A stretch of DNA of 63,527 nucleotides, the filler included, from Choristocarpus tenellus KU-1152 (lineage: Eukaryota > Protista > Phaeophyceae): the NCBI GenBank assembly GCA_964200185.2. It is 7 parts of 7 records of this genome, joined end to end, with 100 filler letters (N's around TTAATTAATTAA, not from the genome) between each part and the next. Parts side by side here need not be neighbours in the genome. Positions count along the whole stretch, not along the records: positions 51,677 to 63,527 come from CAXNAD020002103.1; 6 more parts are not named here. One strand, written 5' to 3'. The position numbers were made by a program, and so were the translations under genes. The notes under the pieces are model-generated. The model ran no database searches, had not been told where the DNA came from, and saw nothing but the letters and a program-made list of their open reading frames with translations. Every line of letters starts with the position of its first letter. Position 1 is the stretch's first letter. Below are positions 51,847 to 63,527 of this stretch, one piece after another.

Positions 51847-52060
51847 CAAGATGACACGATTCACAGAATGGAAATATAGAATAAGATAATAATAATCCAG
51901 AATTCGTGAGCACAACAAAATGTAACATATCGTCACTTTTGTTCTGAAAGGTTTTTGAGGAGAAAAAAGTGGGATACAAATTTTGTTTGATGAAAAAAAT
52001 GAGAAAGGTATGCTTAGTAATTTTGAAAAGTTGTGTATTGGAGGTCACAAGGTTGGAATC

Positions 52061-53078
52061 ATGAACTTTCTACGTTGCCCCTGGTCTTTTGTTGCCCTCG
52101 TCCTACAGCTGACATTGTGGGTGAAGACTGGGGAAGCATTTGTTCCTCATGTTATACGATCAGCAGCTGGCCGGTGCCATGCCCACTCTATGTTGCAGAG
52201 CACAAGGGTGAGAACAAGAGAGAGGTGTCGTTGTAAGGCTTGTCGATGCAATTTGATAAGATCTTTCCGCAAATGACGATATTGCGCCACAAATGTAGGT
52301 TCATGTGACGCCGGAGCTCATAAGGAAAACCGCTGGCCTCGCACAGCTCGAAATCGACGATGAGGAGGTGACAAGAGAGGGTGTTGTAATTTATAGGTCA
52401 TGCATGGACTGGGAAAGGATGGTAGGAAAGAGGGAGAGGTAGACTTCTTATTCAAGGCGGTGCTGATCTATTGCTTTGGTTTGGTTTGTATGATCGAGTC
52501 ATTATCCCTTGTTAGAAAACTAGGGTGATTGGAAAGGGTGAAGGTGAAAAGCAGTATCATGTACTGACATCGCCTCAAGCTGTTAGACTATACGATCACA
52601 TTTTGTTGGCAGGATGACAATTTTCTCTACCTCTATCTTTCTTCATCTTTGTCTTGGTCTCTATTTGTATTAACTCAATTTCATGTGGGCCGGAGAGGCG
52701 TTCCTTGCTTTTTGAGTGCTATTGATGACTGAAGTAAACTGGTTTTGCACATATATCATGCTCCAATTTCAGGATGTATGAGGGGTCGCATCCCTCTTTT
52801 GCGCAAATATAATTCTTTGTTCGAACATCATGCGAATGGTTGACCAGGTGGCGAGTTTGCTGCCACAAGTGGAAAGCTTCCTTGGATTTGTGGAAACCAT
52901 GGATGATGTTGATGAAGGTAGTCAAAGCACTATGGACCATAGAGGATGCAGCGGTGGGGAATTCTTGAGGGAGGACAGCGCGGAAATGTTTTCTAATGTT
53001 GTCGCAATTATGGAGAATATGCCTCTTGAAGAGGACAGCTATCTCCGAGTTCCAAAGGTTGGGGAGGATGAGGGATAG
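52061..53078 (+). CDS. gatC: Glu-tRNA(Gln)/Asp-tRNA(Asn) amidotransferase subunit C, plastid-targeted (148 aa, 3 exons)
   Basis: Exons 52061-52207, 52299-52367 and 52848-53078, both introns phase 0. Signal peptide MNFLRCPWSFVALVLQLTLWVKTGEA|FVP (ASAFAP-type) plus transit peptide. GatC motifs VTPELIRKTAGLAQLEIDDEE, FLGFVETM..VD, LRED, NMP..EDSYLRVPKV. Confidence 0.92.
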
Positions 53079-53515
53079 GACAAGTGTCTTTTCTGGTGAA
53101 TGCATGTATAGATCTCCTTTTTAGCCTCTCTCTTCTGTAGAGTGGTTCCGATATTGCCATATCATTGTCAATTTCAACTACTGACCTTGACCATAGGCTG
53201 ACAGCTTCTCTTATTGAGTTGATTGGACCAGTAGGGAGGGAGCTTTTTGTGTTTGCACTTCTTTGAACATGGTATTCCACAAGTAGATTTTCTGGCTGTC
53301 ATGTTTATTGTTTGAGGAAGTCCTCAATCTCTCTATTTTCTTCATGCAAGCACAGCAATCCTGTGGCTCAGATGCCAAACACAGGATTTCATTTTGAAAT
53401 TCCTCCAGTTGGCAGTGTGCAGGAGGGGAATAATCCCTCCTCCCAAATGCTCATTACCTTGGGGCCTGTCTGTAACTTCTCAACTGGGCATTGGCCCCAA
53501 AATGTTATACATGTA

Positions 53516-53862
53516 CTCCTTCTGTCCCATAAGTCTGTTACTTTATGCACGTACCTCTACGGGATGACCCCCGATTTCAAAAACGGATTTTTGCGATGGA
53601 TTCCCCGGAAAAAATTACGTAAGGTGAGTTATATTTGAAAAAATATATCCCGAAAATGTTCTGAAAATATGGAACAGAGGTTAGGCGGGCATACGCCCAC
53701 AACAAGGCACTGATTTGTACATTGACGGCATTGAGTGAAAGCGAGGAAATGTATTCTAATGAAAAAAAAGTCAAGGAATCCAATGCCAAACTCAGTTTTG
53801 AAATCGGAGGTCATCCTGAAGAGGTACATGCATAAAGTAACAGACTTATGGGACAAAGGGAG
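53516..53862. mobile_element. Stowaway-like Tc1/mariner MITE (347 bp, ~88-bp TIRs, TA TSD)
   Basis: TA|CTCCTTCTGTCCCATAAGTCTGTTACTTTATGCA ... TGCATAAAGTAACAGACTTATGGGACAAAGGGAG|TA. Confidence 0.92.
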
Positions 53863-55362
53863 TATGTACATTTGCATGTTTAATGGCTAACCCTCATTAA
53901 CCATTAGCCACATGCACATATATTACTTCTCAAATGTTTTACTTTGTGTACACAGCATGTTTTCCAGAGTGCACAATACTTTTGAGTACTACAACGTATT
54001 AACAGGAGAACATGTATTTGTAGTACACCTTTGCGGATGCAACAATTTATACGTACTTGACAAGTTACCTTTGAAGCTTACACGTAAGGTGAATATCAAG
54101 CGGTTACTGTCAATTGATCAGCTATGACCTACTCAGTGCTAGGACAAAGAACTTGCCTCCACTTTGATCTTCATGTCCGTGACATTTCTCTCATCCATAA
54201 ATGACCTCCAAAGTGAAGACTCTCCATTTCTGGATGGGGGTCAGTGAAGGAAGTTATGACTGTTATTTGGTATGAACAATGGTATATGGTAGACAAAGAA
54301 AAATATGGTTACTTTGTTATAGTCCATGCCATTATCTATTATTTGTTTCTCCTGTAACTCTGTGCCCTCATGACCTCTCAGATTGGATTATTTAGTAAAT
54401 TGTGTGTAGGTGACGAAGGTGATGGGTGTGTTGAACACCAGGCATTTGACCTTATCCGTTCATGTTAAAATTTTACTTGTGTCTCATGTGTGCAATAGAA
54501 TTTTACAGAGAAATTATCATTCAGACAGCCTGGACCTCACTTTACTTGAAAGAACAGGTGACTATAGAAGATTTAATTTTCATCTCTAGTGGGTCCTAAG
54601 GATGCTGATGCCCCCTACTATGTTCGAGAATATTTTCTCCAAAATATTCATAAAAATACGTGACACACCAAAACCATCAAAGCAATTATTACCGTATGCT
54701 TTTCATCAGTATATTCAGTACCATTCACTGTATCCTTACATTGACCATGGAATGTGGCCATGTGTAACACCAGTAATGTTGTATTGTACACTTTAAGCTA
54801 AATGCAAAACTACTGCTGTATGTATACTGTGTCCTGCTATATGATACAACAAGACACCAAGGATACCTCAAAGAGTTGGATCTGCATGTTTTGTTAATAA
54901 AGTATGCAGTAACCACAAAGACTCAAGACTAAAGCAGATTTTTTTAAGATGTTGTCAAGGTTACAGATTGGTGAGGTGGTTAGCTTTGAAAATATCCGTA
55001 TCAATCAATAGTTTTAATATTCAACTGCAGCTAAAATGTGTTATCTACAAGGTAGTACTTCTTGCTCTTGCTGTGCAAACTACTTAGTCTGAGTGGACTA
55101 CTACTATTGCCAGCATTATATATACATGTTACATAAGGATTTGAACAGGATGCAATCTCACTGGCTTGTGGAGGAAAAAAGGTGGATTAACTTACCAATA
55201 CCGTTCTATTTTTTCATTTTATTGTTTTAGATAGTATGTGTACATACATGATGTATTTAATATTCTAGATCTCTACTACAGTAGTAGTAGTACACTTACA
55301 GGTGGGTGTTACATTAATTCAGAAAGCGTGGAGTTATTTATGGTAAGGCCTCAGGTGTATCA

Positions 55363-55612
55363 GAGTCAAAATAAATGAGAGGTACCCAGGTTTGGGGCAA
55401 TTTGATTTTCACTAGTTTTTTTATCTTTCATAATTCACTCATATTTCTATGGATGAGGGACAAAGTTAGACCTGAGAACATTGATGTCTCTATTGTTTGG
55501 AAAAATCGACACAGTTCAGATAATCCTGTATGCCTATAAAAATAGACCAGTTTTGCAAAAAATTGTCAGCATTCTTAAGATGCAACTCTGGGTACCTCCG
55601 TATACTGTGACT
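55363..55612 (+). mobile_element. MITE family A, copy 3
   Basis: GAGTCAAAATAAATGAGAGGTACCCAGG ... CTCTGGGTACCTCCGTATACTGTGACT, with the shared internal motifs. Confidence 0.75.
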
Positions 55613-56823
55613 TAATGTTCCCTTATTTTCTATATAGTCTTACGGTGTAACCCCCTTATAAAGCCTAAACAACATTCTGCACTAAGTGCACATCAATGCG
55701 TATCTGGGTGAGATATATTGACAGGTAATACATCTACAACTGCCTTCACAATGTAACAAGTCTCTACTCAGAACATGCATCACTATCCTTGACTACGGCA
55801 ATGAATAGTGCTGTACTATGCAGTACTCAACAAGCTTCTTTGCAGAATACACCACCAGATTTGTCACATTGAAATTCCATCAGAGGTTCAGTCCACTGGA
55901 CCATCTCCTTTGCGTTCCCAGACTTCAAGCCTCTACACAGAGCCCATCACTAGCATCAACAATTCAAGATTTTAACAGACAATCCTTAATGAGTGTTGTA
56001 CCAGGATTTTAATCAACACTTTGATGCACCAAAATACAAACACGTGCACATGATCTAAATCAACACAGCAGACTAGGTTAATAGACAACATGTGCAAAAT
56101 TTCTCCTTCCTAACATTCTGATATGAATGGAAATATTGCTCGCGACAACGACAATATTGCAAGTGGACACTAGGACAGATGAAGCTGGTGGCTAAACTCT
56201 CAATATGATATGAGGTTACTGTTCGGTAAATTACATCATATAGGGGGGATCAGTGCACTAAAAAAATAAAGTGCGACTCATATGAAATCTTCATCACTTA
56301 CCTAATGCTGAAACTTTAATATTTGTTGTTGTTGAGGTTGCTTTTTCATGATGATCAGTAATAAATACAACCCAAGCAAACAAAATATGATGTAATGAAT
56401 AATGATCTCAAGGATGCATGAGTGCCAATGTGCCCAGTGATTTGACAGTCTCTTCACCATCACATGTCCACTCATGTGAAATGAGGAGAGATAAGAGATA
56501 AATCATTATGGTATTATTAATTTATCTAAATGTTCACCAATAAAATGTATGAATAGTCTAAATAGCAAGGATTGGTAGACTTAGTAAACATAAGATGTTG
56601 AGTCAAGGTTGGTTTTGAACAGAGTTCACTGAGATCTGTTACCGGTTACTCATTTCATTACAATACAAAAAAATATACCCTTCTAGTCAACCATTGTAAG
56701 GGATTACGATATGCGGGTATCACGAATTCTTGGCCAATACAGATGAGTGTTCAGTAAGGTTGTCAGGGATCTGTGCCAAGAACTCACATCTAGTGTAATA
56801 AACTTAGATTATAGTTTTAGACA

Positions 56824-57093
56824 GGCGAAATAAACAAGACGTACCCAGGGTTGTATTTTAAGGATGTTGGCAAAAATTGTGCATTTTGTTTTTGTACAAA
56901 TGTGTTTAGGAATTTTTCTTAATTCTGTTTAGGAATTTTCTTAATTCTGTTGAAGATTTTCAAACTTTAGAGAAGACAACACTGCCAAGTCAAGCTTAGC
57001 ACTTCATAGAAATAAGAGTAAATGGCAAGAGATGGAAATAGCGGTGCAAAATGCAAACGAAAAAAACTGGGCACCTCTCAATTGCTTTGGCTC
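56824..57093 (-). mobile_element. MITE family A, copy 4 (inverted)
   Basis: AAATAAACAAGACGTACCCAGGGTTGTATTTTAAGGATG ... ACTGGGCACCTCTCAATTGCTTTGGCTC, with an internal ~23-bp duplication (TGTTTAGGAATTTT.CTTAATTC). Confidence 0.65.
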
Positions 57094-57137
57094 AAAGTTA
57101 TGTCAAATTCAAGATATACAAACAATACAAAGGAGTA

Positions 57138-58725
57138 AGGTGGTACCAGTAGCTTCACCCTCTGTGGCAATCTTGAATTTTTTCACCATAACCACACAAA
57201 TGATATACAACAATGTATACAACAGACGAAAGGGTATGGCAAGAGGGTTTGAAGGTTTGTATCCACGAATGTCCAGGCTTTGGGGAACAGGAGCTATGTC
57301 CCAATCAAATAATGGCAAAAGCGTGGGGGGACATACATCTCTGGGGCAATTTTGAAGGTCACAACTTCAAAACGGACAAAAGTGAAGTGGTTGACTGAAC
57401 TCCTTGCAGAAAAATGGTCCGGGGTAGGTCGCTGCCCAAGTTTAGTCGGTGTGAGGATACCGGAAAAAAAAAGAAAAATTTCCAGACATCTTTTTAACGC
57501 CTTTTGCAGGCTTTCTGTGAGCACACACACACGTGACTTACAAAGCAACATGAACCACAACAGTGAGACAAGGAAAGTCACCGATGCTACTCTGCTCCCT
57601 GGATCTACCCTTGGTACCTTCTCTGTCGAGAGGCGAAGGAAAAGTAAGCACCATGTGAAACTCAAGTGCAATGTTAGGTGACGATAAAGTGCGAGTAGTG
57701 TGGTACAGCAGCATGATCAAATCGCAAAATGGATCATGCATTCGCAACACTGACGCTGAGAAAAGATGCATTGAAAGCATTACTACACAAATATGGTTGG
57801 GTCTTCAACCACGTTGGGGAACTGCTCTGCAGTCTCTGCCACCTCGGAAAAGCAGGAAGAGAGCGGCAAGTCCATCACCAGGAGGTACAGTGACGAAGTC
57901 TGTGGGGAAGCCTGGTCACAGCAGGCGAAGGGAGAACCAGAATGACCAGTCGAAGGGAAGGTTGGGGAGGAGAGCAGCGCGACTGCGTGCCATTGCGCTC
58001 AGGAAACGCCCAAACGAAAACCCGGGTGTAGAATATCTTAGTAGTCGACAATTGCAGCACACCCTAGCTGTTTGGAAGCTATGTGAGCCAGATTGGCTTA
58101 GGAGACGAGAAAGGAGGTGTTAGGGTTGGGCTACAATGGCTCTGAATCCCGAAAGAAGGTAACCCATTTCCGGCGCTCAACGAGGAAATGTGATAGTAAA
58201 GGCTCTAACACTGTGAATCCTGTATCGGTGTATGAACGACAGGAGAGACTGTCAAACGGCGCTCAAGATGGCAGCAGGATATGCGATGGTCAAGGCGGAA
58301 ACTGTGAGCAAATGGGAGAGAGACTTCCTAACTAAGGGCCACATCAAGGCGTCGGAGCAAGGGCGCTACGAGAGGCGTTTCGTTCCGGGCCTCGATAAGG
58401 ACATTCTTTCCAAGGTCAAAGAGTGGGTGCCTGAACACACAGCAAGAAAGGGTGGGGAGGTTTTTTTCCCACCTAGACCCTATACTTTATTTAGTCAAGA
58501 GTGTATCTGTTCCCACTCTTGGTGACCTACAATTCAGGGTTCGAACCCCAATATGACAGGTTTTTCTTCAGAAATTGAAAAAACTGGCAAAAAAGTAAAA
58601 AACGAAGCCCGTACTCTGGAGGGATTGTGACAGGCATCATGATTATGCTTTTATTTTTAAATCCAATCTCTACATCAAAAGTTATGACGGGATAACCCCA
58701 GAGAGTGAAGCTACTGGTACCCCTC
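57138..58725 (+). mobile_element. Internally deleted TIR DNA transposon (IS630/Tc1/mariner-like) with a transposase-like N-terminal remnant
   Basis: 27-bp TIRs AGGTGGTACCAGTAGCTTCACCCTCTG (57138-57164) and CAGAGAGTGAAGCTACTGGTACCCCTC (58699-58725), both flanked by TA. The internal remnant at 58232-58460 (ETVSKWERDFLTKGHIKASEQGRYERR..DKDILSKVKEWV) resembles a transposase HTH region. Confidence 0.7.
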
Positions 58726-58789
58726 TATGGTACCAGCAAATACAGATTCTCAAGTTGAGGCTGTTTGGGACGATATTTTCACTGATTAT

Positions 58790-61700
58790 CCTATCAATTT
58801 ACTGCACAGTGTCATTTCACTGGTCTGCCTTTTTGTGAAGGTCAGGAGAGGGTCCATAGACACAAAGACGGAAGACAATACGTAACATATGTGGATGAAT
58901 GACAACGAGGACCAGCCTGGTTTATCTCCAACAATGACCATCAGTACTGTACCGACCAATAGAGGTTTGACAGGCTTGATGATCCACGTCAGGCAATGGT
59001 AATGACTTTCCCAAGACAAATAATCCAGTTAATTTAAGTCTGGTGCAGGAGGTTTGACTTGCGGGTAATATTAACAATTAATTCTACACAGAAGAACAGA
59101 AATGGACTTAAGTTTCCAAGCAATATAACCCTGTGCACAATGGGTGATACCCTGGAATGTACTTCATGTGGACCCCTCCAAGGGTGAAGTAATTTCGGAT
59201 TCGGACTACCAGTACTCTCGTATGGTCTTTATCACTAGGTGTGGAAACGTGAAACACGAGACATTGCTTGACATGTTCCTGATTTTCAACATGTTCACAG
59301 AGATTACTTTATGCTGACTCAAATACAAAGTGTAAATGATCTTGGTTTGCTGAGCAAACTCTTCAGCAGCAACATCTGAATCAATAGTAGACGAACCAAG
59401 GATCAAATCAAGACGTAAAACGAGGTTGTCTTTCAAACAGAAGGAAAATGGGATTTTATGAAACTTTACACTGAAGGCAGTGTTATTCCCAGTCATAATC
59501 AGTAATAGAGATCCACAAATTGCTAGTATATATTGCAATGTAGAATGTACTTTCTCTAACAGAGAACCTCCTTAAGAGTGATATCGTGTGGTTTAGGTGT
59601 GTTGTAACCAAAGACATACTGCAACTCTACTCAACGATACTGTTTTGAAAATTGGTACCTCGATGGAGTGTAACAACGAAGTTGGTCAAACACTGAAATT
59701 ACTTGTTCTATCACCATATTATGAGCAATTGTTGCGACCTCTTTGTTTCGAACAGGGCACAGCACAACAAAACGAGAGAGGTGATCAACGACAGACAAAA
59801 AAGTACATGACACCATTTGCTGCTGGGGAACGTGCTTTGTATTCAAATAACTCATCAACACTACGCTGGAATGGTGTGTGAATGGGCATACAACCAGAGG
59901 AAGCGTAGTTTCGAGTCTGACGTGTTTTGCGTGCCTGACAATCACGGCACCATGTACGAACGTCGACACTTATGTTGGCCACCAATAGGAGTATCTAATC
60001 TCATCAAAACGCGGATTTGTAACCTTTGTGACCTTCACGCAATGCATGATTACAACAACCGTAGAGTACAAGACGAACTAACGAGTGGGGAACGACTAAC
60101 TGGTCTCTTAACCTGCTCCTCTTACGAAGATGGTCTGGTAAATACAAACAATAAAGTAAGCCGCTACGAAGGGGAAAATACAACCTAAATGTAGCCGTTT
60201 CCTTATGAGGTGGTGGGGTGATACTGGGGGACTGTAAATGCCTGGAATATCATCCAAACTCGAAGCCAAACAAACCAATTGAGAGGTAGGCAGGTTTGGA
60301 CCCTTCTGCATTTTAAGCCATCTTTCTTACCCTGTCAATGCACTCTATTTAATTGCTTCATGTGCTGCATAGTACTGTACGCAAAATTGATATTCCCCTT
60401 TGCACACACAAAGTGACACCACAATTATTCAGCAAAAGCTCTGTAATGGTACAAAATTACGTGTTTTTGCCTTTTCTCAGGCATCCTTAAAATGCAACCC
60501 TATCTCTTAGTTGGCTTGACTATTAGACTCCTGCTCCTTGCATGATTGCTCCATTGTATGAAGTACAGTTGTGGAACTAGTGAGTAGTTCACCATCACTT
60601 TGAACGGGTGTTGCTTGGTCACAGTTACGAACAGATAATTCATGTTCATTTTGAACAAGTGTGGTGTATGAGCAATTAATAGCAGGTACATTACGACAGA
60701 TAGGTGATAGCATTAGAGGAACAGATTCGTCCTGTTTCTTAAACCTGAATATATGAGATAAGAGTATCAGGTGTAACATTTAGTTTGCCACGTTTGTGTT
60801 GACACTGAAATAATAAATCTGAAGAGTCATAGTCCAACGACAAGCAATTTTTTGATACTGCATATATATGTATATATTTGTGATAGTGTCAAGGCGCCAA
60901 AGCTCTCTGCACAAGGGGGCAGTCACAATCACCAGACTGGATTCTTCCACCTTAGAGGGTGAGACCGAGTTTCACAGGTCTTGGCCCAACATCTCAGAAT
61001 AGTTGAGGAAATCAAAAAAAGAACACAAATATAAAAACACAACAGGTAGATGTCGCAGAATGACTGAGCAATGTCACAGCAGAGAAATGGATCGGTCAGA
61101 ATCAGAACAGATCTTCGTTCTGACAGTCTTTTTGGCTGTTTGGTCAAATCCGCATCTTATGGGTGTGGTTGGTTTTATGAACTGGTTGGTATGGGTGAGT
61201 TCCAATGACGTGGTTGGCGCTCGCAAATGTATATGACCGCGTGTTTTATCCACAAATGTGTGTGTGTCTGAGGTCCCTGACATACTCCATTATTTTTATT
61301 CCAGACCTTTAATTGAATGTTTTGTTTCTTTTTATCAGTTTAGGTTTAGTCTAATCTTTAAAAAAAAAAGTTTATCTTGATATGTGATCCTCCTTTTTTT
61401 TAAACATAATGCAAAATAATCTCTAATATAGGTAAAGTGTCTACCTTAGAGATAAGGTCGACAGTGAGTGACAGTCGTAACGACTACATAACACTATTTC
61501 AATGTTGCTAAATAGTTGGGCTTCATTGAATTTCTTCTTGAAGTTACGAATGATATCCAGATCAGTAGGATTGTCGGATCGGGATTTTGCGCTAAAAACC
61601 TCTAGCACACCCCACTCATGGAAAACAAACTACTTGGTAAAGTCAGGAAATACAAGGACTGGGTCTGCAATTGTTTCACTTTCGAAAATGCCACGTCCTG

Positions 61701-62945
61701 GCCCATCCCTTATTCCTTAGCAATGTTGTTACTGGCACCGTTCTTGATAAGGTTAACTAACGGTTCAATGACTGTGACTAGATTGGATACTGGTGGGTTT
61801 AGATAATTTGGTGGTGGATGGGCCTAATCTTCATCGATATGGATCCCTTTAGCGTCAAGATGTGACCCAAATAACGGACTTCTTTAGGACCAAATTAAAC
61901 CTGCTGCTCGCAAAGGATTGAAATGCTGCTCTAGTAAGAGTAGTTGTCTCCCCTATGTTGGAGAACAAGCAATCATGTCATCCATGCAAACGAGCAAACC
62001 ACTAAGTGGACCAAAGTTAGCAAGCCTAATGACTTGATCCTTTGAAATTGCCAGGGAGCCTTCGATATTCCAAATGGCATCCTCCTAAAAATATGCTTGC
62101 CTCGGGAATTGTGATAAAAGCACTCTTATCAACATCACCCTTCAGTAAACTTAAATATGCCATACGCACTCTGAATATCACAAAAAACGGTAATAAATTT
62201 GACACCACCTACGGTATCAATATGTGGTTCCTATCACTCATAGGCTAAGTCTGTCTAACAAGATGTGTGTTAACAGTCAATCGTAGTTAAGGAGAAACGT
62301 CGAGAGCAATCAGACTTGGCTACAATGGTAGCAGTTCTACCCCTAGGACTGGCACGTTTTTCAATGATGCCTTGCTTCTTCATAATGTGAACACACGGGT
62401 CAATAGCCTCTTGAGTGTGGGGATTTGCTCTAGACGGGTTCCTATAAACAGGCTTGTCACCAGCCTCTCTGGGAACTTCTGGTTCAGCTAGAGCACATCT
62501 GCCCGATTCCGTTGCATTCAACGATAATACTGATCTGTAATGAGAGCACAGGGCCAAAAGCTGAGACACTTATTATTGGTTGAATGTGGTATCTTAGACA
62601 ATATTTGTCTTACTGAAAGCTTGATGTAACTCTTTCCTAGTTTCAATGAACAAGGGGAAATCAGCACTGATGGTTTTGAGCATCTAATCAGAAGTTGAGG
62701 TCAAGTGGATAGTCACAACGTGTTTCTTGATACACACCCTACATGTGGTTGAGTTTGCTATCTCAACCAATGCTGATTAAATAATTGCCTGACCAAGTAC
62801 TGAGAGTGCGAGCAATGACGATATAATTCCATGGATGCTCTTGTTTATTGTGCTGGTCCTAACTTAGACATGGATTGTGTAATTGGTTCCACTACAACAG
62901 CAATATCAAGGGACGGGCTCTCAGCAATTGTGCAACATATTATAT
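58790..62945 (-). pseudogene. pol: Second, more decayed chromodomain Gypsy pol of the same family as 26880-30980, interrupted by insertions
   Basis: Minus strand reads VVVEPI and HPWNYIVIARTLSTW..LVEIAN (matches HSPWKYIMVSRSLNVW..LVKIAN in copy 1); ASPRGRTATIVAKSD; KSAFIT; VCMDD; DVRTWCRDCQAR; VVDHLSRFVVLCPVRNKE; PWRGPHEV; and a chromodomain remnant at ~58790-58960. Unrelated sequence at about 60300-61500 includes a partial MITE A (~60415-60500). Confidence 0.85.
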
Positions 62946-63440
62946 CATTGGGGACAGCTTGTCCACCTTCTCAGCCTTTTCCCTCCTAAGGTGGGAAATT
63001 TTGAAGACTCTACCACCCATTTACCCAGCACTTCACCGTAGACTGCAAAGAGGCTCTGCCAGACGTGCTCTATGTCGCCCAGGGGTACATATCACACCTC
63101 TATTGTGGTCTCCACTAATTCCTCTACATTGGTCACCCCCGTGTCTTCCTTCAGTTGTTGGATGAAATGAAATAATCCCAGGTCACTGACGTTGAGGTCA
63201 GGTGAGTTGACTGGCTGGGTCTCAAATGAAAATGTCGTCCCCGCCGCCTCCTTGATTGCCTCCATGATCCCCCCCTTGGTGTGTGGCTTTGCCCTGTCCT
63301 GCTACACGAATATGGTGTATCCTTCCAGCCTAGGCATGTAGGCCTTGATTGCTGGGATGACATCCTCCATCATCAGCTCCTTATATCTCTCCCCACCCAC
63401 CGTGGCTGGCACAAGCACCTTGGTGCCCTTGGACCCAGAG
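62945..63440 (-). pseudogene. Plant-mariner-like (DDxD) transposase C-terminal catalytic fragment
   Basis: Minus strand reads KGTKVLVPATVGGERYKELMMEDVIPAIKAYMP..IFV*QDRAKPH..QPVNSPDLNVSDLGLFHFIQQL..VEELV..HVWQSLFAVYGEV..FKI.H..EKAEK. This matches the IQQDNA.PH / QPPNSPD.N.LDLGFF signature of Soymar/Osmar-type transposases. In-frame stops are present. Confidence 0.85.
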
Positions 63441-63527
63441 TATCTGGGGGGGTGGGGGGGGGGTTGTGAGGGAGCGTCTGTTTCGGTCAAACAACTCTTT
63501 TTTTAGCTGACATTTCAAATCCGACAC

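Noticed and set aside
1-63527. Endogenous giant-virus or bacterial HGT island, tRNA or rRNA genes
   Set aside because: No dense intronless gene block, viral hallmark gene or recognisable structural RNA was seen. tRNAscan-SE and Infernal would be needed to exclude small RNAs formally.

Overview
Eukaryotic nuclear DNA, intron-rich and TE-rich. It most likely comes from a photosynthetic stramenopile, probably a brown alga; this is inferred from bipartite ASAFAP-type plastid presequences, long GT-AG introns and RTE LINE and Gypsy relics. The window is not one locus: seven contigs are joined by six artificial 100-bp linkers (N44-TTAATTAATTAA-N44), so adjacency across linkers means nothing. Contig 1 (1-25678) holds a hand-spliced 19-exon, ~1266-aa gene with a long disordered N-terminus and a C-terminal TKL-type kinase fold that has lost its catalytic motifs (HRD>HRQ, DFG>GMG, APE>SRE, no Gly-loop), i.e. 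an intact pseudokinase. Contig 2 is a decayed chromodomain-bearing Ty3/Gypsy element with three hairpin-forming repeats just before its PPT/3'LTR. Contigs 3-6 hold repeats, RTE fragments, a partial plastid-type phosphoglycolate phosphatase gene and partial hypothetical genes. Contig 7 holds a complete plastid-targeted gatC, a Stowaway-like MITE, other TIR elements, a second decayed Gypsy of the same family and a plant-mariner-like (D37D) transposase relic. No rRNA, tRNA, CRISPR array or prokaryotic/viral island could be supported. All gene models were spliced by eye and no database searches were run.
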